In this document: in pieces, positions 17,822 to 28,531 of the stretch
How the letters are laid out: each line of letters starts with the position of its first letter
Position numbering within the stretch: position 1 is the stretch's first letter
Assembly: GCA_963665125.2 (NCBI GenBank)
Contig: CAXXUK010000002.1
Coordinates: 544,001 to 608,000 of the forward strand
Source of the DNA: an uncultured Desulfarculus sp.
Lineage (GTDB): Bacteria; Desulfobacterota; Desulfarculia; Desulfarculales; Desulfarculaceae
DNA: 64,000 nucleotides
Direction: 5' to 3'
Program-made: the position numbers and the translations under genes
Notes under the pieces: generated by a model
What the model saw: the letters and a program-made list of their open reading frames with translations, nothing else
Told to the model about the DNA's origin: nothing
Databases searched by the model: none

Positions 17822-19075
17822 TTAGGCCGCTCCCTCCAAGGGCAGGCTGATGGTAAAGCAGGCCCCTCCGCCGGGCTGGTTGCGGTAGACTACCTCACCT
17901 CCCAAAAGCCAGGCGGCCCGGCGGCAGAAATACAGCCCCAATCCGCTGGAGCCCTTGAGGCTGCCGTGGGCGTAGCGCTCAAAGGCGTTTTCCCCCAGTT
18001 CGGGGTCCACGCCCGGACCATCGTCCATCACCTCGATAACAGCGAACCGGTCGTCGGCGCCCAGCCGGACCGACACCGTGCCGCCGCCGCCGGCGTCGGG
18101 CGAGGAGAACTTCATGGCGTTGATCAGGATATTGGCCAGAATGCGTTCCACCAGGTCTTCGTCGGCCATGATCTCCGGCTCGGTGTCCGCCTCCATGTTG
18201 AGTTTCACGGAGTGGGCTTCGGCCACTATGGAAAGCCTGGCTATGGTTTCCTCGGCCAGGCCGCACAGGGCCAGGGGCTGGGGCCTCACGGGCATCTGGC
18301 CTGATTCCATGCGGTTCAGGTCCATGAGGTTGGTTATTCGCCGCCACAAAAGTTCGGCATCCAACTCGGCCAGGGAAAGATAGCGGCCCTTTTGGGAGGG
18401 CGACATGTTCTGGTCCCGGCTCAAAAGGCCAAGGGCCTCCTTGATGGCCGTCAGGGGGGCCTTCATGTCATGAAAGATCATGTGCATGAGTTCCTGCTTG
18501 GCGCGCTGGGTCTCGCCCAAGTCCTGGTAGGCCTGGCCCAGGCGGGAGTGCAGGGCCGAAAAATTGATCAGGGCCGCGACCTGGTCGGCCATGGCCGAGG
18601 CGATTTCCAGGTCATCCTGGTCAAAGTGGGGTTGGCCCACCTTGTCCGAAAGGTTCAAGACGCCCACCACGACGCCCTCGTCCTTCAGGGGCAGGCTGAT
18701 GACGCTGCCGGTGCGGTAGCTGGAGCCGTCGGCGGCCCGGGCCACCTGGGCAAAGGGGCTGTCGGCGATGTCCTTCAAATACACGGGCACGCCGCTGCGG
18801 ACCACTTCGGTGGAGATGGCCATCTGCTCCAGGGGGATGTTCATGCCCACCACGCCGTTGTTGGTGGCGGCCCGGACCTCCAGGCGGCCCTGTTCCACCA
18901 GCATCAGGGAGCATTTTTCAGCCTTGGACAGTTTGGCCAGCCCCTTGACGCAGTTGCGCAGGCGTTCGGCCAAGTCGATTTCGGGCCTGGCCAGGGTGTG
19001 GCAGAGCTGAAAAAGAGTGCGCAGTCTCTTGTTTTCAGCCTCGAGCATGTGAGCGTCATCTTTTCCGGGCGCCAT
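17822..19075 (-). CDS. GAF-domain sensor histidine kinase
   Basis: GAF (SLPLKDEGVVVGVLNL), H-box FHDMKAPL, N-box NILINAMKFS, DDGPGV, GLGLYFC. Confidence 0.92.
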   Translation of the reverse strand: MAPGKDDAHMLEAENKRLRTLFQLCHTLARPEIDLAERLRNCVKGLAKLSKAEKCSLMLVEQGRLEVRAATNNGVVGMNIPLEQMAISTEVVRSGVPVYLKDIADSPFAQVARAADGSSYRTGSVISLPLKDEGVVVGVLNLSDKVGQPHFDQDDLEIASAMADQVAALINFSALHSRLGQAYQDLGETQRAKQELMHMIFHDMKAPLTAIKEALGLLSRDQNMSPSQKGRYLSLAELDAELLWRRITNLMDLNRMESGQMPVRPQPLALCGLAEETIARLSIVAEAHSVKLNMEADTEPEIMADEDLVERILANILINAMKFSSPDAGGGGTVSVRLGADDRFAVIEVMDDGPGVDPELGENAFERYAHGSLKGSSGLGLYFCRRAAWLLGGEVVYRNQPGGGACFTISLPLEGAA

Positions 19076-19088
19076 CTGTTGATCTCCG

Positions 19089-19664
19089 CTAGTAGTTTAC
19101 CGGACCCAGGATGCATTCCTCCAATAAGGCCACGTCGAGTTTGCGCCGCTGGTCGCAGGCGTAAAAGAGCATTTCCGAAACCCTGGTGGAGGCGCTGTCG
19201 CCATACCACAGGCATACTTTGAGCCCCAGGTCCTTGGCCAGAATCACGGCGGGCTTCAGATCTCCGTCACCGGTTATCAGCAATATCTGGGAAACCGCGC
19301 CGGTATAGGCCAGTCTGCAGATGTCGGTGGCGATTTGCACGTCCACGCCTTTTTGCTCCAGCAGACGGTTGCCGGCGTTGTCCCACCCCCTGGCCGCAAG
19401 ATGGCCCAGGCGGACCTCGAAGTCGTCCAGTCGTTGCAGGGCGTTGAAAAACCGTTCCTTGTTGGTGTAGTGAGTCTCTTCTTCAACCGTCGGACGCTGC
19501 GGAAGGTGGGGCAGACAATGATAATAATATGCCCGTAAAATTTCCTTGTCCTTGGCAATCCTTCTGGACAGCTTGCTGAAATTAACTTTTACCCCGCCCG
19601 CCTCGTAAAGAACCTTGTCCATGTATCCGCCGTCAATCAAGATGGCGATGGGCTTATCAAGCAA
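19089..19664 (-). CDS. NYN (LabA/DUF88, PIN-like) domain protein
   Basis: ILIDGGY, EQKGVDVQIATD and ITGDGDL acidic motifs. Start placed at TTG 19664 after GGAGG; the ORF is open to 19712. Confidence 0.88.
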   Translation of the reverse strand: MLDKPIAILIDGGYMDKVLYEAGGVKVNFSKLSRRIAKDKEILRAYYYHCLPHLPQRPTVEEETHYTNKERFFNALQRLDDFEVRLGHLAARGWDNAGNRLLEQKGVDVQIATDICRLAYTGAVSQILLITGDGDLKPAVILAKDLGLKVCLWYGDSASTRVSEMLFYACDQRRKLDVALLEECILGPVNY

Positions 19665-19764
19665 TATTTCCTCCAAACAATCAGGACACTGGTAAAGATA
19701 TTTCCGTATCAATTAACTCTTGAATATAGCCCCCAATATACCGAAAACCGGGCCAAATGGGTAT

Positions 19765-20556
19765 CTAATTGGCAGCGGCCAGGACTCGCGGCGTCCCGGA
19801 CCCCAGGTCCAGGCGCATGAGGTCCGCCGCGGCCCACACCGGCCCCCGGAAAACCGCCGATGCGGCCTCTGCGGCGGCGTCCGGATCGACAACGCTGTAG
19901 AGGTGGCTCAGCAGCAGGGCCTTGACCCCGGCCCGGGCCGCCAGAGAGCCGCTGGCCGTGGGGCCCAGGTGGCCCGGCTTGGGGGCTTGGTCCGTGGCCG
20001 CGCAGTTGGCGATGAGCAGGTCGGCGTCCCGGGACAATTCGACCAATTCCGGCGTGGCTTGGCTGTCGCCCAGGTAAACCAGGCTGCGGCCCCCGTATTC
20101 CAGGCGAAAGGCCAGGCTGCCAGGCAAATGGGCGGCTTTAGCGGCGCGAATCGTGACGCCGCCGACACTGTAGATACCGCCGTGTCGGGCGGCGGTCTCA
20201 TGAAGCACTTCCGGACTTGGCGTCAGCCAGTGGCCGAAGACGTCCTCGATCTTTTGCAGGACATTCAATACATCGGGGTGGGCGATCAATTGGAGGCCTG
20301 TTTTGGCGGCCATATTCGGGGCGTAGTTCAGGGCGAAAAGAAAGGGAACCATATCGGCCAGGTGGTCCGGGTGCTGGTGGCTGAGCAGGATGGCGTCCAC
20401 ATCGGCGGGATCGTGGCCCGCCTGGAGCATGCCGCGCAGGGCGCCCTGGCCCAGGTCAATCAGTATGCCGTGGGGGCCGGCCTGAAGATGGTAGGCCGGT
20501 GACGAGCGGCCGCGGCGCAGCTCGCAGGAGCCCGAGCCCAGCACCGTCAATATCAC
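19765..20556 (-). CDS. MBL-fold metallo-hydrolase (RNase Z/BN-like)
   Basis: VLGSGS, IDLGQG, SHQHPDH (HxHxDH), YLGDS and LLSHLY. Confidence 0.88.
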   Translation of the reverse strand: MILTVLGSGSCELRRGRSSPAYHLQAGPHGILIDLGQGALRGMLQAGHDPADVDAILLSHQHPDHLADMVPFLFALNYAPNMAAKTGLQLIAHPDVLNVLQKIEDVFGHWLTPSPEVLHETAARHGGIYSVGGVTIRAAKAAHLPGSLAFRLEYGGRSLVYLGDSQATPELVELSRDADLLIANCAATDQAPKPGHLGPTASGSLAARAGVKALLLSHLYSVVDPDAAAEAASAVFRGPVWAAADLMRLDLGSGTPRVLAAAN

Positions 20557-21446
20557 CTGCCGCCCTCCGCCGTGGCGCGGATCTTGTCGCGGCGCTGCTT
20601 GATGGCCGTCAGCAGGGAGGCCGGAACCCGCAGGGTGCCCAGGCCGAAGCCAAGGATTATGTCCGGTTTGGGCGCTCCGTGGAAGTCCGAACCGCCGCTG
20701 ACCACCAGACCCAGGCGGCCGGCCATGTCGGCGACGCGCTTGGTGGTGATCTCGTCATGCTCGGAATACAGGGCCTCCACGCCTTCCAGGCCGCATCCCT
20801 TGAGTTCGGCCAGGAGCCGTTCCAGGGCTGCCGGGTGGGCCTTCAAGAGGCCGGGGTGGGCCAATACCGGTACGCCTCCGGCCCCCCGGATCAGGGCTAT
20901 GGCCTCGGGGGCGTCCAGACGCGCCTTGGCCACATAAGCCGGTTTGCCGTTGCCCAGGAAGCGGTTGAAGGCCTCCTGCCTGTTGGACACCGCGCCGATG
21001 TCGATGAGGGCCTGGGCGAAATGGGGTCTGCCTATCTGGCCGCCGCCGGAATAGGAGGCGATTTGCTCCATGGTCACGGCAAAGCCCAGTTCGTTGAGCT
21101 TGCCCACGATGCGCGGGTTGCGTTGGGCCCTGGCCTGCTGGAGCCTGGTCATGGTCTGTTCGAAATGCGGCTGGTGGTGATCCAGATACAGGCCTACCAG
21201 GTGCATCGAGCCCGTGGGGCCGCCGTTGATGCTGATCTCGACGCCGGGCACCACCTCGACGTCCAGCGCGGCCCCGGCGTCCAGGGCTTCGTCCAGGCCC
21301 TCGGTTGTGTCGTGATCGGTGACGGCCACTGCGGCCAGACCGGTTTTGGCGGCTGCCTTGACCAGCTCGCCCGGTGTAATACTGCCGTCGCTGGCCGTGG
21401 TGTGAGTGTGCAGATCGATAAATCGGCCTTGGTTTTGCGGGGGCAT
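20553..21446 (-). CDS. PHP domain phosphoesterase (TrpH/YciV-like)
   Basis: DLHTHTTASDG, VTDHDT, GVEIS, GRPHFA, LAHP and GGSDFHG. Confidence 0.92.
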   Translation of the reverse strand: MPPQNQGRFIDLHTHTTASDGSITPGELVKAAAKTGLAAVAVTDHDTTEGLDEALDAGAALDVEVVPGVEISINGGPTGSMHLVGLYLDHHQPHFEQTMTRLQQARAQRNPRIVGKLNELGFAVTMEQIASYSGGGQIGRPHFAQALIDIGAVSNRQEAFNRFLGNGKPAYVAKARLDAPEAIALIRGAGGVPVLAHPGLLKAHPAALERLLAELKGCGLEGVEALYSEHDEITTKRVADMAGRLGLVVSGGSDFHGAPKPDIILGFGLGTLRVPASLLTAIKQRRDKIRATAEGGR

Positions 21447-21566
21447 GGCTCACCTTGCTGGAACTTGTTTCTTTGGCAGGCTTCCAATAAGGCCGGCAAG
21501 GCCTTTTCCAACAGCCTCATTGTTTGATGCCAGTGGATTAAAGGGCTGTCAAGCAGAGCGGGCCAT

Positions 21567-21607
21567 AAAAAAGCCCCATCCGCCAAAAGTTCGGCCAGAT
21601 GGGGCTT
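21567..21607 (-). terminator. Rho-independent terminator
   Basis: AAGCCCCATC...GATGGGGCTT stem with an A-run on the left (T-tail on the minus strand), after the receiver gene. Confidence 0.6.
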
Positions 21608-21650
21608 ACCGGCTGCGGGCGCCGATAATTACAAAATTACAAGGAAACCA

Positions 21651-22034
21651 TCAATAGCGTTTCCAGCGCTCTATTCTTTCAAAGGCATCCTTTGCCGCCT
21701 TGAGCAGCGTGGCCAGGTCCACCGGTTTGGTGAAATAGTCGTCGAACCCCGCCTCCCGGCAGTCTGCAAGCTCGAAAAGCGAGACATAACCGGTGAAGGC
21801 GAACATCTGGGCCATTGGTGAAATTCCGCGGATGCGGCGGCAGAGATCAAGGCCGTTCATGCCCGGCATGTTCAAGTCCAGAAACATAACCGGTATGGTT
21901 TCCTTGGCCAATATTTCCAGGGCGTTTTCAGCGCTGTCGGTGGTGACGACCTGATATCCGGCATGGGTCAGCGCTTCCCCGATCAATTCCAATATGGGGA
22001 CTTCGTCGTCAACGACGAGAATTTTTTTGCTCAT
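21651..22034 (-). CDS. Single-domain response regulator (receiver)
   Basis: ILVVDDE, FLDLNMPGMNG, FTG and YFTKPVD; start ATG 22034 after GAGGG. Confidence 0.92.
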   Translation of the reverse strand: MSKKILVVDDEVPILELIGEALTHAGYQVVTTDSAENALEILAKETIPVMFLDLNMPGMNGLDLCRRIRGISPMAQMFAFTGYVSLFELADCREAGFDDYFTKPVDLATLLKAAKDAFERIERWKRY

Positions 22035-22155
22035 TTCGCGCCCTCTTTTTGCCGGGGCCTTCAGTCGGTATTGCCGGTGGAGGATATGCTTAACGCAATT
22101 AATAATATTCTGGAGCAAACAGCGACGATGTTTCAATACTTTTGATTATGCATAC

Positions 22156-22185
22156 TTGCGGTAATATTTTGTATTACCGTATACT
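22156..22185 (+). promoter_or_regulatory. sigma70-type promoter with a perfect palindromic operator between -35 and -10
   Basis: TTGCGG (22156-61), 18-nt spacer, TATACT (22180-85). The inverted repeat CGGTAATA-N5-TATTACCG lies at 22159-22179. Confidence 0.65.
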
Positions 22186-22210
22186 TTTATTAAATGATCT
22201 GGAGGATGTT

Positions 22211-22498
22211 GTGGCCGCCGACAAGCAAACAGTGATCAGCTTCAAGGCCGACGAGACATTGGCGGCGGCCCTGGAGGGGTTGCCCAACCGGTCGGAGTTT
22301 ATCCGCGAGGCTCTGATGGCGGCTCTGGGCGGGGCCTGTCCCCTGTGCCGGGGCACGGGCGTGCTTTCGCCCAGGCAGTTGGCCCATTGGGAGAGCTTCA
22401 TCAGCACCCACGAGATTCGCAGGTGTCCACAGTGTCACGGAGTGCAGTTTGTTTGCGAGCATGAACTAGACCAGGGTGGTGATGGTGGATGTAATTGA
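22211..22498 (+). CDS. CopG/ribbon-helix-helix transcriptional regulator with Cys-rich metal-binding tail
   Basis: GGAGG-GTG start; VISFKADETL...NRSEFIREAL (RHH); CPLC, H..RRCPQCH and CEH. Confidence 0.8.
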   Translation: MAADKQTVISFKADETLAAALEGLPNRSEFIREALMAALGGACPLCRGTGVLSPRQLAHWESFISTHEIRRCPQCHGVQFVCEHELDQGGDGGCN

Positions 22499-23240
22499 GC
22501 TGACAAATGTGAGCTTCGAACGCAGCGGCCAAGGCATTTTGCGCGATGTGAACCTGCATATCGGCCCCGGCGATTTCGTGGCCGTGGTCGGGCCCAACGG
22601 AGGCGGCAAGACCACATTGCTCAAACTGATGCTCGGCCTGTTGGCGCCCACCACGGGCAGGGTCAGCATCTTTGGCCTGCCGCCGGTCCAGGCCCGCAGC
22701 ATGGTCGGTTACATGCCCCAATATTCCAGCCTCGACCCCGGTTTTCCGCTGACCGTGGGCGAAGCGGTGCTCATGGGCCGCCTGGCTCCGGGCAGGGGGC
22801 TGGGTTTCTGGGGCCGGGCCGACAAGGATGTTGCGGCAAAGGCCCTGGGGCATGTGGGGCTGGCCGATCTGATCCGCCGGCCCCTGGCCGAACTCAGCGG
22901 CGGCCAGCGCCAGCGGGTTCTGGTGGCCAGGGCCCTGGTGGGCGAACCAAAGCTGCTGCTGTTGGACGAACCCACCAGCAACGCCGATGTGCGCTCGGAA
23001 CACGATTTTTACGACCTGCTCCTTGAGCTCAACCAGGCCATGACCATAGTGGTGGTCACCCATGACCTGGGCTTTGTCTCGCCCTATATCCAGCATGTGG
23101 CCTGCGTGAACAAGGATGTGCTTTTTCATCCCACCAGCGAGGTCACCGGCGAGGTCATCAGCCGGGTTTACGGCGGGCCGGTGTCCATGGTTCGTCACGA
23201 TCATCACCACGAAAAGATGGGCGGGTGTTTTGATGAATGA
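22482..23240 (+). CDS. Metal (Zn/Mn) ABC transporter ATP-binding protein, ZnuC-like
   Basis: GPNGGGKTT, LSGGQRQR, LLLDEP and a His-rich C-terminus. Confidence 0.9.
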   Translation: MVDVIELTNVSFERSGQGILRDVNLHIGPGDFVAVVGPNGGGKTTLLKLMLGLLAPTTGRVSIFGLPPVQARSMVGYMPQYSSLDPGFPLTVGEAVLMGRLAPGRGLGFWGRADKDVAAKALGHVGLADLIRRPLAELSGGQRQRVLVARALVGEPKLLLLDEPTSNADVRSEHDFYDLLLELNQAMTIVVVTHDLGFVSPYIQHVACVNKDVLFHPTSEVTGEVISRVYGGPVSMVRHDHHHEKMGGCFDE

Positions 23241-24111
23241 GTTTTGGGCCTGGCTGGGCGCGACGGCCCCCCAAGGCGGCTTTCTGGCGGCCCTGGCCCA
23301 TAACGGCTTTTTGCAAAACGCCCTCTGGGCCGGACTGCTGGCCAGCTTTTCCTGCGGGATTATGGGCGCCTACGTGGTGGCCCGGCGCATCAGCTACATC
23401 GCCGGAGCCATTGCCCACTGCGTGCTTGGCGGCATGGGCGCGGCCGGTTACGCCCGGGCCGTGCTGGGCTGGCAGTGGGCCCACCCCTTGCTGGGCGCCG
23501 CCGCGGCCGCCCTTTTGGCGGCGGTTGTCATCGGCCAGGTCAGCCTCAAGGCCAGCCAGCGCGAAGACACCATTATCGGCGCGGTGTGGGCCGTGGGCAT
23601 GGCCGTGGGCATTTTGTTCATCGCCCGGACTCCGGGCTATGACACCGACCTGATGGGCTATCTGTTCGGCAATATCCTGATGGTAACCCCCGGCGACCTG
23701 TGGCTCATGGCCGGGTTGGACCTGATAATCGCTGTTACGGTGCTATTGTTTTACAACCGACTTCTGGCCGTGTGTTTTGACGAGGAGTTCGCCCGCCTGC
23801 GCGGCCTGCGCACGGACTTCTACTACATGTTGCTGCTGTGCCTGACGGCTATGACCGTGGTGCTGTTGTCCACGGTGGTGGGCATCATCATGGTCATCGC
23901 CCTGCTGACCCTTCCGGCGGGCAGCGCTTCGGTCTTCTGCCGCCGCCTAAGCGGGGTCATGGTCTGGGCCGTGCTGCTATCGATGGCGCTGACCAGTGGA
24001 GGTCTGTATCTCAGCTACGGGCCGGACCTGCCCACCGGCGCGGTGATCATAGTCCTGGCCGGGGTTGTATACCTTGTTTCGGCCTCCGTGGCCTGGCTCA
24101 GGCGCTCCTAA
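23233..24111 (+). CDS. Metal (Zn/Mn) ABC transporter permease, ZnuB-like (ABC-3)
   Basis: IAGAIAHCVLGG, REDTIIG, YLFGNIL, CFDEEFA and VGIIMVIALL. Confidence 0.9.
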   Translation: MNEFWAWLGATAPQGGFLAALAHNGFLQNALWAGLLASFSCGIMGAYVVARRISYIAGAIAHCVLGGMGAAGYARAVLGWQWAHPLLGAAAAALLAAVVIGQVSLKASQREDTIIGAVWAVGMAVGILFIARTPGYDTDLMGYLFGNILMVTPGDLWLMAGLDLIIAVTVLLFYNRLLAVCFDEEFARLRGLRTDFYYMLLLCLTAMTVVLLSTVVGIIMVIALLTLPAGSASVFCRRLSGVMVWAVLLSMALTSGGLYLSYGPDLPTGAVIIVLAGVVYLVSASVAWLRRS

Positions 24112-24233
24112 GGCGTTCATACAAATTTGTAGGAGCATATTACGTCTTCGTACAAAAATGTCAGTTGTTTAGGATCGAAATGGAAAGCCTATTCTAACGG
24201 GTTGTTTTTGTACCGTAATTCCAAGTGGGTATC

Positions 24234-24249
24234 TGGCATCCCTCTTGCT
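24234..24249 (+). promoter_or_regulatory. sigma54 (-24/-12) promoter
   Basis: TGGCATCCCTCTTGCT is an exact GG-N10-GC consensus, about 45 nt upstream of the MCP ATG. Confidence 0.75.
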
Positions 24250-24292
24250 ACAGATGTTTAGCAGGCAAACTTTTCAGCAAGGAGATGGCCCA

Positions 24293-25570
24293 ATGCCTAG
24301 CACCATCGGCAGGGCGCGGGATGTGCTCGAGCCCGTACACCGCGCGGCCAGCGGAACATGGGATCTGTCAGCCAGGGCGAATATACCGCGTTTCGGCGCA
24401 TTGAAACTGGCGGCCGGGTTGTTCAATGCCCTGCAGGAACGCCTACAGGGAATAATAACCTCAATCGCCGGGCGCTCGGTGGCCATGTCCCAGGCCGCGC
24501 CGGAATTGGCCCGTCTGGCCGTGGAACTCGACCAGGGCGCCCGCGTCCAGGCCGAAAAAGCCAGCCATATCGCCCAGGCCGTGGCTGAAATCTCCCAGCA
24601 GACTTCCGTTATCGCCCAGAGCACGGCCAGGGCCGTTGATTTCGCCGGGCAGGTGGCCCAGGCCACCGTGGAATTGCAGGAAACGACCAGGTCCATCGGC
24701 CAGGCCATGAATCTCATCCGCAAGGTGGCCAGCCAGACCCGGCTGTTGTCCATCAACGCGGCCGTGGAAGCCGCCAGAGCCGGGGAACACGGCGCCGGTT
24801 TCGCCGTTGTGGCCGGCGAAGTCCAGAGCCTGGCCGACCAGTCCATGGAAGCGGCCAACAAGGTGGAGGACTTCCTGTCGTCAATCGGTGTGGGCGTCGA
24901 ACAACTGGTGGCGGCCGTGGGCGGTGAAAACGACGCGGGCGGATTGCATGGGCTGCTAAGGGATATCTCATCCTCGGCCCTTCGGCAGGATGACGATGTG
25001 GAGGCCGTATCGGCCGATATCGAGGAAATCGCGGCATCGGCCAGCCAGCAGGCTGACGCGGTGGCCCATATCCGGGGCCTCGGCGAAAAGGCGAAAGACC
25101 ATGCCGACAACCTGTTGACCTCTGTTGGCGTATTCCGCCTGGACGCCCATCGCCGTGCCCTGGCCATAGTGGAGTCCCTGGCGGCCGATCCGGAAATCAG
25201 CAGCATGAGCCGCGGCCGCCAGGAAAGCGCGATGCGCCGGGCCGTGGGCCGGGGCGAGATGTTCGAGCTGCTTTACATCACCAACGCGGCCGGGCGGCAG
25301 ACCACCGGCAACATCGCGCCAATGAACGTTGACGCCTCGGCATACGGCCGCAACTGGTCCCAGCGGCCCTGGTACCGCGGCGTGGCCGAGACGGGCCGCA
25401 GTTATGTCTCGGATATCTACCGCTCCTCGGCCACCGGTGATTTTTGCTTCACCGTCTCCACGCCCCTGGTTGGGGCGGACGGAACAATGGCCGGAGTGCT
25501 GGCCGCTGACGTGCAGTTCGCCAAGATGCTTGATGCGCCTTCTGCGCCCAAAGCCCTTCCAGGCGTCTGA
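24293..25570 (+). CDS. Soluble methyl-accepting chemotaxis protein with C-terminal Cache/PDC-like domain
   Basis: [30 protein letters not shown]; no TM segment; C-terminal NWSQRPWY...YVSDIYRS...TVSTP...GVLAADV; AAGGAG RBS. Confidence 0.88.
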   Translation: MPSTIGRARDVLEPVHRAASGTWDLSARANIPRFGALKLAAGLFNALQERLQGIITSIAGRSVAMSQAAPELARLAVELDQGARVQAEKASHIAQAVAEISQQTSVIAQSTARAVDFAGQVAQATVELQETTRSIGQAMNLIRKVASQTRLLSINAAVEAARAGEHGAGFAVVAGEVQSLADQSMEAANKVEDFLSSIGVGVEQLVAAVGGENDAGGLHGLLRDISSSALRQDDDVEAVSADIEEIAASASQQADAVAHIRGLGEKAKDHADNLLTSVGVFRLDAHRRALAIVESLAADPEISSMSRGRQESAMRRAVGRGEMFELLYITNAAGRQTTGNIAPMNVDASAYGRNWSQRPWYRGVAETGRSYVSDIYRSSATGDFCFTVSTPLVGADGTMAGVLAADVQFAKMLDAPSAPKALPGV

Positions 25571-25647
25571 AACTGTGCTAAACTGGATATCATTGGTAGG
25601 CATTCAGGCCTTTTTCAGGCCGTGCAGGTAACTCAAGGAGGGCGAAC

Positions 25648-26109
25648 ATGAGTACATTTGGCTCGGTTGACGAAATTCTGGATTTTGCTATCGAAAAAGA
25701 GAAGGAAGCCGCCCGTTTCTACAGCAAGATGGCCGCTGGGATGAGTAAACCATGGATGGCCGAGGTGTTTCGCGGCTTTGCGGACCAGGAACTGAGCCAT
25801 ATCACCAAGCTGGAACAGGTCAAGGCGGGCGGCGAACTCAAACCGGTCGAGGGCAAGGTAACCGACCTGAAATTGTCCGACTATCTGATCGATGTGGATG
25901 TCGCCGACTCGCAAAAGCTCAATTACGCCGAAGCACTGACCCTGGCCATGAAAAGGGAAAAAGCCGCGTTCAAGCTCTATATGGATCTGGCCCAAGTCAC
26001 CGATGATCAACGGCTCAAGGACGCCTTTACGGCCCTGGCCCAAGAGGAAGCCAAGCATAAACTCTACATGGAAATCGAGTACGACGAAAAAATCCTCAAA
26101 GACAACTAG
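25648..26109 (+). CDS. Ferritin-like/rubrerythrin family protein
   Basis: Two repeated AIxxExxAxxFY...ExxH halves; AAGGAGG RBS. Confidence 0.9.
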   Translation: MSTFGSVDEILDFAIEKEKEAARFYSKMAAGMSKPWMAEVFRGFADQELSHITKLEQVKAGGELKPVEGKVTDLKLSDYLIDVDVADSQKLNYAEALTLAMKREKAAFKLYMDLAQVTDDQRLKDAFTALAQEEAKHKLYMEIEYDEKILKDN

Positions 26110-26113
26110 CCCA

Positions 26114-27479
<1,366 letters not shown>

Positions 27480-27485
27480 TTGGTT

Positions 27486-28481
27486 TTAAAAATGAAAGCT
27501 GACCTTTAGCTGCGCCATCCAGCCGGGGTCGATATCGATTCGGCCCTGGTCGTCGTCGCCGTAGTTTTCGCCCTGGAACATCATCCGCTCAAACACGTAG
27601 CCGGCCGATAGTTGCAGCACGATGTTGTCCGTGGCCACGAACTCAACCCCGCCCATGCCGCGCATTTCATAGTAAAACAGCCGGTTTTCCTCCCTTGGGC
27701 GGTCGGAGAGAAAGTAGTCCTGATAGGTCCAGGCGTAGCTGGCGAATATACTCCACTGGTTGTTGAATTTCCAGGAGGCCTCGGCGTAGACGTTGCGCAG
27801 CGGAAAGTAGATGACCTTCAGGGTCAGCGGTTCAACCGGCCGCCAACTGATGAAAAACAAGGGCGCGCCGAGCATCATGCTCAGGCTTTTGTCGTCATTG
27901 GTGTATAGCCAGCCCACGCCGGGAAAGGGGATGCCCGGCAGGAAGTCGGTGATGCTGGAGTAAAAAAGGAAGAAATACATGCCGTGGTTTTTGTTGATGT
28001 CGTAACGGGCGAATGCCGCGCCGTTGTAGGCTATCTCGTCGCCGGAATTGAAAGGCTTGTCCGACGGCGAGCCGATGGCCGCGCGCACTCCGCCGACCCA
28101 CTGCTGGTTGATCTTGCGGCGGTAGCTGACGCCGATGTTGAGGTCCCACAGCTCGTCGGGGAATTTGCGGTTGACCTCGGGCAGGATCAGTTCGCTGTCC
28201 ACCAGCCGCACATCGGCGCTGAGGCCCAGGGCCAATTCGTTGCGTTGGTCTTGCCAAACCGGGGTCTGAAAGGCCAAGTCATGCTTTTGCATGGCAAAGT
28301 CATAGTCGCTGTCCTGAACCTTTTCCTCGCTCCAGAACCTGCCGGTGTACGAAGCCTCGGTTTCCATATTGCCGAACCGCGGGCTGAGCAGACGGAAAAA
28401 GGCCGAATCGGCTGCGGCGGCCGAGTTGGCAATAACCAGGCTCAAGGCGGCGAGCGTTAGGACTTTCAGGCATTTTGTCAT
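27486..28481 (-). CDS. Putative outer-membrane beta-barrel protein
   Basis: Signal peptide, alternating amphipathic aromatic strands, PFPG motif and C-terminal Phe (LKVSFHF). Confidence 0.7.
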   Translation of the reverse strand: MTKCLKVLTLAALSLVIANSAAAADSAFFRLLSPRFGNMETEASYTGRFWSEEKVQDSDYDFAMQKHDLAFQTPVWQDQRNELALGLSADVRLVDSELILPEVNRKFPDELWDLNIGVSYRRKINQQWVGGVRAAIGSPSDKPFNSGDEIAYNGAAFARYDINKNHGMYFFLFYSSITDFLPGIPFPGVGWLYTNDDKSLSMMLGAPLFFISWRPVEPLTLKVIYFPLRNVYAEASWKFNNQWSIFASYAWTYQDYFLSDRPREENRLFYYEMRGMGGVEFVATDNIVLQLSAGYVFERMMFQGENYGDDDQGRIDIDPGWMAQLKVSFHF

Positions 28482-28531
28482 GAATCAATAAACCTTTGCT
28501 CGGGTGATCGATGAAAACCGTATCGTGTATG

